64,000 bases of DNA from Octopus vulgaris. Taxonomy: Eukaryota. This document shows, piece after piece, positions 42,861-56,996 of this stretch (the stretch's first letter is position 1; each line of letters starts with the position of its first letter). The position numbers and the translations under genes are program-made. Where the stretch lies: positions 11,842,001 through 11,906,000 of the forward strand of contig OX597826.1 in assembly GCA_951406725.2 (NCBI GenBank). The letters run 5' to 3'. The notes beneath the pieces are model-generated. The model saw only the letters and a list, made by a program, of their open reading frames with translations, was not told the origin of the DNA and ran no database searches.

Positions 42861-43432
42861 AATAATTATTACCTTTGAAGGTTATTTTTTCCATGCTGGC
42901 CACTTGATAAAATCGTTATTTTATTTTAAATTAACGATCTTATCCTTATTTATATAAATTTATATATATTATATATACACGTGTGTGTGTGAATGTGTGA
43001 ATGTGTGAATGTATGTATGTATGTATGGAAGATGGATAGGAAGACCTCTGGATCGTTCATTGTGGACGAAAGCTGTACATGACGGAAGGAGGGAATTCAA
43101 ACAAAATCGTACAAAGCATGAACGAAGAGCTCAAAAGAGATGTTCGTCGGTGTCTTGCAGGGAATTCGCTTGATTACGTTGTCGCACAGCTCCCTTTAAT
43201 GTGTTAACGAGCGTGGGCGTCTTCATCTCAGCAAAGCAGGCTTTAGAAGTCATCAGAAAAGCCAACTACATACAGGTAGTATGGGGAGTCTGGTAAAAGA
43301 TTTTTGTTAGAAGGCAGGCCAAGCCAAAAGATCATATCAAAGCACACACACACACCACAATGCATTTTGTCTACACTTTCTATGATTTAATTGGCATAGT
43401 ATAAGCAACAGCAATTGCTACTGCTGCCATAA

Positions 43433-43498
<66 letters not shown>

Positions 43499-43827
43499 GT
43501 AATAATAATGGCTTCAAATTTTGACACAAGGTCAGCAATTTCAACTGGTGCTTATTTTACCAACCCCGAAAGAACGAAAGGCGAAGTCGACCTCGGCGGA
43601 ATTTGAACTCACCCTTAGATTAAACCAAAATCCTATGAGAAGTTTAATAATTTCAATTTTAATAGGTTTAATGAAATACTTTAATCGAATATGCTTTATT
43701 GTTAATTTTGAATACAACTACTGCTCAAATCATCTTTTCTTCTACTTCCTATCTTCATCTTTAAACTTAGATTCACTTCTGTGGGACTTCCTCTCCGCTG
43801 TTCTGACAGTATTATTATAATAAAAAT

Positions 43828-44058
43828 AAATGCGCCCTTTTAAAGCCTAGTCAGGCTCATGGACCCGGTTTCCCGGTTTCAATGGCGTATGTGTTCCCCA
43901 GCTGGAAGGGGACGCCAGTCCATCGCAGCGTTACTCACTTTTGCCAGCTGAGTGGACAAGTGCTTTGCTAAAAAATACAACGCGTCGCCCGGTCCAGGAA
44001 TCGAAACCACAATCTTACGATCATGATGCTGACACCCTAACCACTAACCCACGCCTCT
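43828..44058 (-). mobile_element. tRNA SINE, D-like head with another tail
   Basis: Minus: tRNA head, CCACTCAGCTGGCAAAA, GCGATGGACTGGCGTCCC, tail GGCTTTAAAAGGGCGCATTT. Confidence 0.75.
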
Positions 44059-44059
44059 C

Positions 44060-44222
<163 letters not shown>

Positions 44223-44535
44223 AATATACCAATAATAATTAAAACAAAACTGAAATGAGCAACATGTTGTTTATAGTAAGGAAACACACCATAATGCTTT
44301 TGCATTTCAATATTTTATAACTAACGATTTTTCTTGTAAAAGCTTATATGTCATGGAATGATTTTAACTTATTTCAGTATTCATTTCGATCTTGCTTATA
44401 AATGTTTAAAATCTTTATTAACCGTATTTTCTGCTCCCATTTCATTCTTTATTGTTTTATAAATTTCGATCTTTATTTGAAAGTTAGAAAAGAACGTATT
44501 GGAAAATGTCTCTTTTATGTAGAAAGTATTTCTTA

Positions 44536-44757
44536 TATTTGTTTCAGTAAGTTAACTGCGGCCATGCTGGAGCACCGCCTTTAGTCGAGCAAATCGACCC
44601 CAGGACTTATTCTTTGGAAGCCTAGTACTTATTCTATCGGTGTCTTTTGCCGAACCGCTAAATGACAGGGACATAAACATACCGGCATCGGTTGTCAAGC
44701 GATTACATATACATATACTTATACATACATACATACATACATACATACATACATACA

Positions 44758-44835
<78 letters not shown>

Positions 44836-45003
44836 AATACGACAAGCTTCTTTCAGTTTTCGTCTACCAAATCCACTCGCAAGGCTTTGAGCGGCTCGAG
44901 GCTATAGTAGAAGATACTCGCTCAAGGTACCACGCAGTGGGACTGAACCCGGAAGCATGTGATTTGTAAGCAAGCTACTTATCCCACAGCCACTCCTGCG
45001 CCT
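44536..45003 (-). mobile_element. SINE family A
   Basis: Reverse-complement copy with internal (TACA)n(TA)n. Confidence 0.85.
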
Positions 45004-45408
45004 ATGTTGATTTATTACATAAAAGGCGTCATTAGGAAGCAGTTCCGGTAATAGGTCACGCATATATTTTCAATTTGGTGCTGAATAAATTTGACAGTAA
45101 AAGAAACACCATATTGATTCACTTAGTACACACCACCAAAAATTTGACTATAACTACAAAGAAGAAAGGCTTTATGAAATCAGAAAACTGTTATAAAATA
45201 CCCAGTGTGGGGATGCCAAAATATCTAGTGAGGAATTATGGAAGACGAATACAAATGGCTCCAATGGCAGACAAAATACAAAATTGGAAGATTCTTGATT
45301 GCAGCAAAAATTTATAGCTTTCCTATCAGAAATCATTAAAAGCATGTAATGCGGCAGAATATATGATGTGTCTAGAATACTTAGAAGTGATATGAAACTC
45401 AAGAATAA

Positions 45409-45788
45409 TCTCTATATATATAAATGGCAAAATGTCAGTCTGTGTGTGTGTGTGTGTGTGTCCTTTATACAAATCCACACTTTTTCAGTTAGAGGACTCG
45501 CACTTTCTATGGTCATTCAAAACCGTCCAAGGGTGGTGTGCACATCTTTACATTTCCCCAGTCACCCTGCAAAGCCATTAAAAAATCAATAGAAGTGACT
45601 TTTGGTGAATTTTCTATCCAAAACCCAATCAAAATGCATGAAACTTGATACGCCAATTGAATGCCAGTTAGCTGTATGTGATTGGTCGGAGATTTGGACA
45701 GTACTCGCGTGTATGTGCGCACGCACGCACGCAGCTGTATATGCATGAACTAGCACTATGACCCGGCGTTGCCGGGTCATAGTGCTAG
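45409..45788 (+). mobile_element. Non-autonomous Helitron
   Basis: A|TC 5' end, CTAG|T 3' end, GC-rich terminal hairpin 45749-45789. Confidence 0.8.
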
Positions 45789-47289
45789 TATAGAATATAG
45801 AATAGTATGTATCTCTGGAAGACGGTTGTAATACTGAATTCAGAACTAGGTACTGTGAGAGCTGGTGGTATTCATATGAATTGCAGCATTTGCACAATTG
45901 ATTTACTGTTGCCAATTCTCTTTTGCATGGCTCTTGTTCTCCTGAGTATGCTGTGAAATGACACAAGACCGAAAGTAAGAACGATTAATCAATCACCTCC
46001 TTCATCTGCATCGCGAAAGGTGGTTTAACAACTGTAAAGGTCATGCCGTCTGCTAGAAGCAGTAGCCAAATATATTCCTAACACCCTACTACCTTAAAAA
46101 TGGCACATCAAATGAAGTTGTAAAGGATGTGCTCTGCCAAAGACAAAGACGGAATTGTCATGGTCGAAATGCTTTTGACGTCCGTCCATCAGAACCGTCT
46201 TTAGGTTAATATACCAATACCACAACAACCGCCATTATCACAACCATCACTACAGTTACAACGACGACAACACGACGATGACGACGACGTCGACCACAAC
46301 AACAATAACAGTTACAAATTTCATTTCCAGGCGAAGAATAGAAAGCATTGCAAATGAGAACGATATTGTTTGGCTCTAAAAACTAAATAGAGGAATTCGG
46401 TGCATAAAAAGTTGAGAAAATGGAGCTTCCAGAATTGTTATATTTGGGAAGAGCCATAATTGATAAAGTCTATAAATACACTCACCAATTGTTACTTGTC
46501 TATATTTTACTTGCCTTTCTTTTTTTATGAAATCAATTGTTTTTTATGCCCCTTCAACACTACATCGTTCTATAACTTTCTTAGTACGTATACACTTTTT
46601 CTTTTGAATGCTTGGTATTTAGTTTACGATCATTTAATTTTTGTAGTTGATAGACGTCCACGTTGTAACGAGAAATATTTTTAGGGATATAACAAACATC
46701 AACTGTTTGGAAGAAGAAATAGAAGTGAAATATAGACTAGAAACAAACTGTGAGGATTTATTATTCATGAAAATTCCTGGATATAACAATACTAATAACA
46801 GAATTTCAGATAAAATTTCTTGCCAAACAAATTCAAAATCCAAAGAACTTATAAAATTCTTTATCATGTAAAACGAATAAACTGATACTCGATACACATA
46901 AAACAAAGAAGGTATACATTAATACGAGCACATCTATGCTCCATTCACAAAACGAAGTTACTGCAACATACTCGAACACCACCTGGAGAAGAATGAAAGC
47001 AGAAATTGATGAATGTTAAGCCAAAGTGAATGCAATTGTTTCAAGTAGAAACAAGGGGATTATGCAACCGAAGAATATATACTTGGAAAGCAAAGAAATC
47101 TATTTAGTGATGTGGAAATCGCAAAATAATGCAATATGGAAGTTGTACGATATCTATTGTTTCTACCCTGATAAGGTAAACGGGTACAAATAACATCCAC
47201 CGACAGAAAGAATTGAACAATACGAATCACTATAAGTTAAACAGAAGCAACATATTAATACAACTGCTTTAGAAGAGTCAACTGTCAAT

Positions 47290-47900
47290 ACTTTTCTACT
47301 CTAGGGACAAGACCCGAAATTTTGGGGGAAGGGGGAGCCAGTCGACTAGATCGACTCCAGTACGCAACTGGCACTTAATTTATCGACTACCGAAAAGATG
47401 AAAAGCAAAGTGAACCCCGGCGGAATTTGAACTCAGAACATAAAGACAGACAAAATACCGCTAAGTATTTCGCCCGGCTAACGTTTCTTATTTCTTTATT
47501 GCCCACAAGGGGCTAAATATAGACGGGACAAAGAAGGATAGGCAAAGGGATTATTAAGTCGACCTCGGCGGAGTTCAAATTCCGCCGAGGTCGACTTTGC
47601 CTTTCATCCTTTCGGGCTCGAATAAATAAGTACCAGTTACGCTCTGGAGTCGATATAATCGACTTAATCCGTTTGTCTGTCCTTGTTTGTCCTCTCTATG
47701 TTTAGCCCCTTGTGGGTAGTAAAGAAATAGGTATTTTATCTATCTTTACGTTCAGAGTTCAAATTCCGCCGAGGTCGACTTTGTCTTTCATCCTTTTGGG
47801 GTCGTTAAATTAAGTACCTGTTGCGCACTTGGGTCGCTCTAATCGACTGGCTCCTCTCTCCGAAAATTTCAGGCCTTGTGCTCAGAGGAGAAAATAATAT
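47290..47900. mobile_element. Divergent (head-to-head) cluster of SINE family B copies
   Basis: Minus copies 47290-47570, plus copies 47570-47900; junction palindrome AAGTCGACCTCGGCGGA..TCCGCCGAGGTCGACTT. Confidence 0.85.
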
Positions 47901-48145
47901 TTAAAGCTAGATATTTTAAGGAAAGCATTTTAATTCAATTCTTAAGAAGTAACCGTTGTTACCCGTTTAATTTGTACGTGTTGTATATTTATTTCAATAT
48001 TTACTTTCTTATCTCTTAGTAGTACTGTATTCGAAGGTTAACGATGAACTGTCAGTGGTATTTGTTCCAGCGCCCTAAATTCGAATCACGCCGAGATCAG
48101 CTCTGCTTTTTATTTAGGGTGCATAAATAAATACCAATCAAATAC

Positions 48146-48374
48146 TTATTTCTTTACTACCCACAAAGGGCTACACACAGAGGGGACAAACAAGGACAGA
48201 CAGACGGATTAAGTCGATTATATCGACCCCAGTGCGTAACTGGTACTTAATTTATCGACCCCGAAAGGATGAAAGGCAAAGTCGACCTCGGCGGAAATTG
48301 AACTCACGCCGTAACGGCAGACGAAATACCGCTCGGCATTTCGCCCGACGTGCTAACGGTTCTGCCAACTCGCC
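48146..48374 (-). mobile_element. SINE family B with TSD CCAATCAAATACT
   Basis: Full copy; TSD both sides. Confidence 0.9.
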
Positions 48375-48493
48375 AATCAAATACTAGGTCAATTAATTGC
48401 TCTCTCCCTCTCAGATCTAGCTATGTTGCGTCATAAGGCGTGTTGTAAGAGGTTGCTCAGAATTGTAGAGGGGTTTACGGGTATTAGACCCTT

Positions 48494-48641
48494 GAGGTCG
48501 ACTTTGCCTTTCATCCTTTCGGGGTCGATAAAATAAGTACCAGTTACGCACTGGGGTCAATGTAATCGACTTAATCCCTTTGTCTGTCTCGCCTTGTTTG
48601 TCCCCTCTGTGTTTAGCCCCTTGTGGGTAGTAAAGAAATAG
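48494..48641 (+). mobile_element. 5'-truncated SINE family B with TSD TATTAGACCCTT
   Basis: TSD both sides. Confidence 0.88.
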
Positions 48642-49429
48642 CTATTAGACCCTTCTCACAGAGAAACGGGTATGCTACTGGAATCGCCCAAAGACCGACC
48701 GATGTGCATGAATATTTGAAACGAAAATAAAGTGTTATTAAAAAAGGGATGTTTTTTTTTTGTGGTAGTCTCACTTTTCTTTATCCGGCTTCTGTTCTGT
48801 AATTACATGTAATGCAATAAGACTCTTCCTACATCAGTATTTTTATATGTTTGATTCTGACCCGAAACTTTTGGGCAAGAATGCTTATATTTTTAACTAA
48901 AGCAAAAATTCAATCATGATAATTTTAACCGTCGCGCGAAGAAACACAAATTAAAAGGCGGGGGAAGGGTGGGGGGTTATGATAAAAAAATATATTTTAT
49001 AAAAAGTAAATTTAATTTTCGTAATTAAAAATTGAAAAATGCTATAATAAAATGTTTTTTAACAACGAAAAACGTAAAGCAAATAAAAAAGTAATTTAAA
49101 TGCTTAAAAATGAAAGTATAATTTATTTTTCAAATTGGAAATAATTAAAACAAGATTATTGTTAAAATTTCAATTTTGCGGAAATGAAAATTAATGTTTC
49201 TGTTTAAAAATTAAAAAGTATTATAATGAAAATTTGCATTACCCAACAAGGGAAAATACTGTTTTTAATTAAAAAAAAATTTTTTAAAGTCTATAATGAA
49301 AATTTGTATTGCCCCGGGAAAGGCAATTTATTTTCCCAATTAAAACAAAAGGTTATATGGAAAATTTTGTTTTTATAAGGGAAGAAAAAATTTAAATATG
49401 TATAGGAGCGAGTATTGCTATATATATAA

Positions 49430-49496
<67 letters not shown>

Positions 49497-50230
49497 CGAT
49501 AGTGTTTCTATTCCTTAGCTTTCTTCTCTCCTCTTTATTTTTCTCTATATACAAGAATTTACATAGAAAATGGAAAAAAAAAAAAAATTAAATTGAATAG
49601 ATATATAAATGGTATATCATAAAAAATTTGTTAGGGATCAATATTCTATTGCATATTAATAAATACGCTGCGGTAAACCGTTACTTTCAGGGCACAACAA
49701 CGTTTGAATTTTAGTGCTTTCTGTAAACAAATTAAATATTTTATTCCCCACTCAAAATCGAAGAAGGACTTTTAATACCCGAAGGTCTTATATGCCATGA
49801 AGTACGTTAATTAAGAAATATTTTTGTTACATGTTGTTAGAACTTCTTTTATGAATAATTAATTATATTGTGATAAATTTTATTCTTTTGTGCAAACACA
49901 CCGAATATTTAGATACATATACATCCGTCCATAACATTCGAATAACACAAATTTAAGAACAAAAACCACAAGAAACAAAACCTCGTGAAAAGAAATGAAA
50001 TAGTAGAATTTTTTATAAGTTTGCGAACCCAAACATTGTGTTCGAAAGTGCACCATCAATGACATGCGTAGAAAATCAGCAATTGTCCTGCTCTGGGCAA
50101 GGTCGCTGTATCCACTGACAAGGCTTCTGGTTAATAATGGACAGTGAAGAAAATGTGACATCCCCCAGCTTGTAATTCAGCAAACTACAACATTGTTGAA
50201 TATGCAGCATGCTCCTCAACTAGACGTGGC

Positions 50231-50296
<66 letters not shown>

Positions 50297-50302
<6 letters not shown>

Positions 50303-50598
50303 ACCAACCAGGCCATCAGATGTTGCTACACCTCGCTGGTCACAATGCGCTTAACTTTGTTTTAGCCTTGAAATGACGCCACACCGCTGGCTAAGCGAGC
50401 AGGCCAACAGAAGAAAGAGCGAGAGAAATTTGTGGTGAAAGAGTACAACAGGGTTCACCACTACGCCCTACCGGAGCCTCGTGGACCTTTTAGGTGTTTT
50501 CGCTCAATAAACACTCACAAAGTCCAGTCTGGGAATCGAAACCACGATCCCACGACCGCGAGTCTGCTGCCCTAACCACTGGGCCATTGCGCCTCCAC
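50297..50598 (-). mobile_element. SINE family C, tail type 3
   Basis: Family C head; tail GCGCATTGTGACCAGCGAGG..GGTCACGTGAT. Confidence 0.85.
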
Positions 50599-51359
50599 GT
50601 GTATATATATATACACATATACACACATATATATATGTATGTGTATATATATTAACATATACATGCATATATATGTATGTGCATATATATATATATGTAG
50701 ATGTATATATATATGTACATATATGAGATTCTCGAATTGTAGATGACCTTTATTCATTTGATTAAGTATTGAGACCTGTTCGTTCATTGTTGACAAAAGA
50801 CATAACACAACTTAACGTCTATGCCAGCTAATCTTGCTGGAGAGTTATTCCTGTTACGTCATAAAATATTTCTTTAAAGTCGCAATTTCCATTAGTTATT
50901 TAAAAAAAAAACGTTTGGTACTTATGATATTCCTTTAAAACTCAGGCGTATAGACATGCAAGCATACACCTTGACACACGCATAGACATACACATAGATA
51001 TACACATACAACATGTATTGAATTAAGGTTGTTTTAAAGTGAGTTTAAGAATAACGATGGAATATTTTTTTCTGATCAGAAAACTCAATAGCTAAAATAG
51101 AGTCAAAGTCACAGTAAAATTATCTGGGTTTCTAAGTCTTGTTTAACGGTTTCGCCAAGCGAAACCTAGAATTCCTGTCAACACAAATTTATGTCCACAT
51201 GCACACATGTGTGTGTGTGTGTGTGTGTGTGCTCGCTCGGACATGCTTACGAACACACACAAAAGCATACCTGCATACAGACACATAAAATTCTTACAAA
51301 TATTCACACACATACATAAACTCATATATTCAGTGTCTTGTTTCTACTGCAGTACTTTT

Positions 51360-51564
51360 TTACTCTTTTACTCCTTTCAGTCATTGGACTGTGGCCATGC
51401 TGGAGCACCGCCTTTAGTCGAGCAAATCGACCCCAGGACTTATTCTTTGTAAGCCTAGTACTTACTCTATCGGTGTCTTTTGCCGAACCTCTAATGTAAC
51501 GGGGACGTGAACACAACACTATCGGTTATCAAGCGATGTTGGAGGGACAAACACAGACACACAA

Positions 51565-51639
<75 letters not shown>

Positions 51640-51812
51640 TACATATATACGACAGGCTTCTTTCAGTTTCCGTCTACCAAATCCACTCACAAGGCCTTGG
51701 TCGGCCCGAGGCTATAGTAGAAGACACTTGCCCAAATTGCCATGCAGTGGGACTGAACCGCGAACCATGTGGTTCGTAAGCAAGCTACTTACCACACAGC
51801 CACTTCTACGCC
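51360..51812 (-). mobile_element. SINE family A
   Basis: Full reverse-complement copy. Confidence 0.9.
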
Positions 51813-52344
51813 TCAGTAAAGTATGTTATATTCACACTCTTCCGTTGCAGCACAGCAGCTTTCTGTTTTTAATTAATTAATTTGTAAAACAAGCCTTAAC
51901 ATTCTAGAAGAGCCGTTATTCTATAATAATTCACTGTTTATGAGTTTTATTTAATTGTGTTCCTGGTAAATATATATTGTGCAGATCAAATCTATTTAAA
52001 ATTCTGTTACTTAGCAATGTTTTCTACCTTACTTAAATTACAATTTATTACATTAAATGTTAATGTAATTACTGGGATCGATAAATTATATTAATCTATT
52101 TTAATGTAGGTTGTATATTGCTTAATTTACTGTACACAAAAACACACACAATCACACACAAGTACACACATATATGTATGTATATGTACACATCCACATA
52201 CATATAATTTTCTCTCTCCCTCTTCATACCGGGATAACATTAGGTGCCATATTTTCTCTACCCTTACTTTCTTTGTCGAGTTTCTAAATGAACGAATTCA
52301 TTTGTGTCAACATCCGCTTTGCATTTTCTTTGTACAATTTTTCA

Positions 52345-52760
52345 TGGCTGTGTGGTTAAGAATCTCGCTTTACAACTACGAGGTTTCGGGTTAAGTTCCA
52401 CTGCGCAGAACCTTTGGCAAGTGTCTTCTATTATATCCCAGGTCCGACCAATGCCATGTGAGCGCATTTGCTACTTTGTAAGTGTGTATGTTAGGTGTGT
52501 ATGTGTGTATGTTTATCTCACCGCCGCCGCCGCCGCCGCCATCACCACCGCCACCACCACCACCACCACCACCACCACCACCACCACCAACATCGCTTGG
52601 AACCGGTGTCCGTTTACGCCCTCGTAATTTAGCGGTTCAGCTTAAAAGACCGATGGAATGAGTTCTAGAGTTAAAGATAGCTAGTGGTGTTGATTTGTTC
52701 CAGTAAACCATCGAAGGTGATGACCTAGTATGGTCGTAGTCCAATGAGCGGAGTAAGAAA
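52345..52760 (+). mobile_element. Old diverged SINE family A with internal (CCG/CCA)n
   Basis: GGCTGTGTGGTTAAG..TTGGCAAGTGTCTTCTA..CATCGCTTG..TTAGCGGTTC. Confidence 0.7.
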
Positions 52761-52766
52761 GTAATA

Positions 52767-53224
52767 CCGTGAGTCCTCGAGTATAGTCCGCCCTTGAGTA
52801 TAATATGCAGGGGAATTTTAGGAGGCTGTACCTCTGAAAAACCTAAACCTTGTTTATAATACGCACCACTTCACTAACTTGAGTCGTGCGTAATTAAGCC
52901 AGCAGCACCTAGTCGAACAAACACTTCCGCGCATGCGTAATACAATAATGGGAATGTAAATATGTTTGCAAATTGTTTTTGTTACATGTTATTCTATGTT
53001 CTGGATGATTCTTTTATGAATTCATTGCTCTCAGGCTTAGCTTAAGGTATTTTCGCGCCCGACATCACAAAATGCATCTGAATAAACATTGCCGGACAGC
53101 AAATAGAGACTCGGACATTGCTTAGAAAATATTTTTCATTTTTAACCTCGTATATAGTACGCACTAGGGATTTTGACCATTAAATTTTGGGAAAAAAGTG
53201 CGGATTATACTCGAGGATTTACGG
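52767..53224. mobile_element. Tc1/mariner-superfamily (Tc2/pogo-like) MITE
   Basis: TIRs CCGTGAGTCCTCGAGTATAGTCCGC / GCGGATTATACTCGAGGATTTACGG, TA target duplication. Confidence 0.85.
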
Positions 53225-54984
53225 TATGTAAAATGATTTCTGCATGTTTTTGGAGGTGAGATGAAGCTTAACGTTATTTGAATGTTATAAAAGTCAGCAC
53301 AACCTTCCTGAATGCAGAATTGCTTCTTTCGTGATGCTTGCCATTGTTGCTTCTTGGGGGCCCGGGGGGGGGGGGGCAGTTGAGACATAAATAATGCTCA
53401 TATTGCCCTTTAGCCTTGATATTTCTGTTAACATGACTGCATAGAGAATGCATCTTCACGGAATTGTTAATCTATTTAGGTCTAAACATTCGCTTCTGTG
53501 AAAATGTTTTTGGTTCTCCATTTTTTGGTTTGTCAGTTTTTACCATTTTCATCATTTGTCAGATATAATGTTATTGTGAACGGTAAGCATGGAGTTCCTT
53601 TTAAGAACTGTTCTCTGGACCATTGTTCTCCTGCCGTTTTCCGTTTCCATTGATCAATAAAGTTTTTAGGCACCGATTGTTTCTTTAGAACAGACACACA
53701 TTGAATATAAACTGGCCGCTCTGTGTCTTGCATATCTGATACATAGTTTGGACAATTTCCTAGAATGGCATCCTAAAATGGCGGACGATACATTCAACCA
53801 AAAATTTATTAGAATTATCTCTCGATATATCATTTTCTATACATTAAGAAAATAAATGTTCCTCTATAGGCACTCAAACAGTAATGAATAAATAAGCAAA
53901 TAAATACGAAAATTCACTAAATTACCCATTCAGAATTATTCATGCGTGCGTATGTATGTGTTCGTGGTTGTGTTTGCATGTGTGTGCTTCCTGGCTGTTT
54001 GTGTGTATGTGTGTTTCTACGTGATTGTGCGTGCTTGTATGTGTGTGTTTGTATATGTGTATGCGTGTGTAAGTGTATATGTGTGTGTGTGTCTGTATGT
54101 ATGTATGTGTGTATGTGTATGTTTGTATGTATCTATAATGAGCTCTGTGTAATATAGAAAATGTTCTGATTTATTCATTTAATTACTTATTCTTGTCTGA
54201 GAATCACTAAGGGAGAGTATTAAAGTGTAATAAAGGCAAAGACGAACAATAGATTTTTGGCAGATCACACCGACGGCTATTTAATGATGTAATTCTGTGA
54301 AATTGTATGTCGTTAGCTGACATAAGATTCAATCTACTCTTAATAACCATATCATTAGGTCAAACGAAGCGTTTTTAAGTTTATATATTTTTTGTTGGTA
54401 TGCTTAGTTCATTTTCTTCACTTGTATAGCACTGTTTATATGCTTAAAGTTTCCAATTCTTCTTCCTTCGGGATCAATCAACAGCAAAGAAAATCGTCGC
54501 TGTGGGCCTTCTGAGTACAAAGTAACAGACAGAATTAATTATTACACTTAATTAGAAATGTTCCAGATGATATTTTCTGCTTGGTGCATTTAATTTTTTG
54601 TATTATTTCTTTACCAATAATGCCAGTAATATTTTCTGGTTATTTTATCCTATTTCATAACAACTAGCACAGCCGCAGTGCTACAAATGTTTGAAGTAAT
54701 GTATATAGTTAACTCTATCGACCGTCCCAGTAATTGACTGGTTGCTTTTCTAAGCATGAAAAGCGAAGTTAACAAAGTTGGACTTAAACTCAGAATACAA
54801 CCATATGTGACTAGATACTACAAATCATCTTGTAAAATACTCTCTTCATTCTGGTTTTGTTTTTATCGCTGTTTTCCTGTTTCATTATACTGTCACTTAT
54901 TCCGAATGGAAATTTATATTGGCGATATTCCTCTTCATTATATGTTTCATTTCGTATTCTGAGTTCTGCAGACAGCACGAACAC

Positions 54985-55195
54985 TACAGTTCTATATTTA
55001 AGAGATGAGGAATTATGTACATTATTTACATTTGACGGATATTTGCCCTCGTCTTGTTTGTTGTTAACACAACGTTTCGGCTTATATACCCTCCAGCCTT
55101 CATCAGGTGTCTAGGGGAAATTTCGAACCTGGGTTCTCATTCCTAAGGTATTTTTCGATGTTGTTGTTGTTGTTGTTGCTGTTGTTGTTGTTGTT
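54985..55195 (-). mobile_element. Headless copy of the HHR-bearing SINE (see 63334)
   Basis: Reverse complement of ~63425-63619. Confidence 0.85.
55067..55110 (-). ncRNA. Minimal type I hammerhead motif (CUGAUGAA core)
   Basis: Minus: ACAC-CUGAUGAA-GGCU..AGCC-GAAAC-GUU-GUGU; stems I and II perfect; AACGUU palindrome. Confidence 0.8.
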
Positions 55196-55239
55196 GAGTG
55201 CTCGTAATGCTTTCTGAAAGCATCCCTGTTAAAAGCTCC

Positions 55240-56460
55240 CACACTAATGGTAAGCAAGTGATTGGCCTATAATTGTTTTTTAACGTAGTCTCTGTATATG
55301 TCACTGTGTATCATATGGTACCACGGAACGGGGTAGACACCAACTGTCTCCACAGCTGTAACCAATCCAAAGCAACTCTATTTTAGTTTATTTCAATGTG
55401 GAAAATTGATTTGTAAAACGAGTAAATCGTAAAACGGGGTCGGTCATAAAACGAATTAAACTCGTACTGCGAGGTATCACTGCATATATAAGAATGGAAG
55501 ACAATGTTGGGAGGATGGTATAGCGACGAAAAGAACTATTACAACTTCTCAACAATTTCCTGCGACTCCACGAACTCACGAACGACATATTTCGACTTCC
55601 TGCGATTTCTCATCATTCCCTCTCAGTCAAATACGCTGCTACTTATACGAGTTCGATAAGTTCATTCTCACAGGGGGGTGTCATGATTCTCGCCATAACA
55701 TCTCGCCTTTTGAGATTTGACTTCTGTAGGAAGTGCAACTTATTTATTTGCTTTTGTTCTACCTTTTTTAAGATTTTAATTTCCTCAGTAGTTTAAATAT
55801 TTCTTCCGCTTAGGAACTATTTTTAGTCGGTCTGTTTGTTTGTGTTTTCTATTGCTGATCCGCCTACGTTGGAACCTCGAATAAATCATATCAAACTTCC
55901 ATCGGTATTTCTTCTCTTTCTTCGATATATCTAGTCAACTGGTTCAAATGTCGTTTGTGCTCTCCTACTTGACCTTTTATTATGGACATCTTCCTGCGTA
56001 TTATTTTCGTCACTATACCGTCCTCCCAACCGTGTCCTTCATTCTTATGTACAGTGATACCTCGCTGTACGAGTCTAATTCGTTCCAAAAACCTGTCAAA
56101 TTTCCTCACGGCAAAAATGATCGTTAGAGCTTCTTTCTCTATTTGACTATAGTTTTCCTTGCCGCTTTCAGAGAACGTGAGGCATGAACCCTCGACTTCA
56201 TATTACCGTCTTTATATTCGTGTAGCATTACTGCTTCTATGTTGTAATCAGAAGCGTCAAAAACTACAGCATTCTCCACTGTAGGTCGAAATGAGCCGAC
56301 GAGAAATCCTATATTGATATTTTTTTAAATATCGTCAAACGCCTTTTGACATTTATTTAACTAATTCCACTTCACATCCTGTTTTAGCAAATTATTTAGT
56401 GGATCTCTCAATTCATGCATATTTGGTTCATAATTTTGATAATAATTTGCTAGAATTAAA
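55240..56460 (-). mobile_element. Ty3/Gypsy LTR-retrotransposon fossil (RNase H / integrase C-terminus, PPT, probable 3' LTR)
   Basis: VVFDASDYNIEAVMLHEYKDG (RNase H), WEDGIVTKII..HKRHLNQL (integrase C-term), PPT AAAAGGCGAGA then TGTTATGG at 55700. Confidence 0.75.
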
Positions 56461-56522
56461 ATGCTGTCAATCTTTTTCATACTTCCTTACTCATTACTTC
56501 CTATTATTATTATCGTTATCAT

Positions 56523-56580
56523 TCTTCTTCTTCTTCTTCTTCTTCTTCTTCTTCTTCTTCTTCTTCTTCTTCTTCTTCTT

Positions 56581-56655
<75 letters not shown>
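56523..56655. repeat. (TTC)n(TTA)n microsatellite
   Basis: Direct reading. Confidence 0.95.
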
Positions 56656-56657
<2 letters not shown>

Positions 56658-56889
56658 GGAGGTGAGCTGGCAGAATCGTTAGTACGCCGGGCGAAATGCA
56701 TAGCCGTATTTCGTCTGCCGTTACGTTCTGAGTTCAAATTCCGCCGAGGTCGACTTTGCTTTTCATCCTTTCGGGATCGATAAATTAAGTACTAGTTACG
56801 CACTGGGATCGATATAATCGACTTAATCCGTTTGTCTGTCTTTGTTTTTCCCCTCTATGTTTAGCCCCTTGTGGGTAATAAAGAAAATA
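56656..56889 (+). mobile_element. SINE family B
   Basis: Full copy. Confidence 0.9.
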
Positions 56890-56919
56890 AAGAAGCAAAA
56901 AAAATTATTATTATTATTA

Positions 56920-56993
<74 letters not shown>

Positions 56994-56996
<3 letters not shown>

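Noticed and set aside
46600-47270. Possible very old PLE coding remnant
   Set aside because: Only weak resemblance (DIT..IEVKYR); not supportable by eye.
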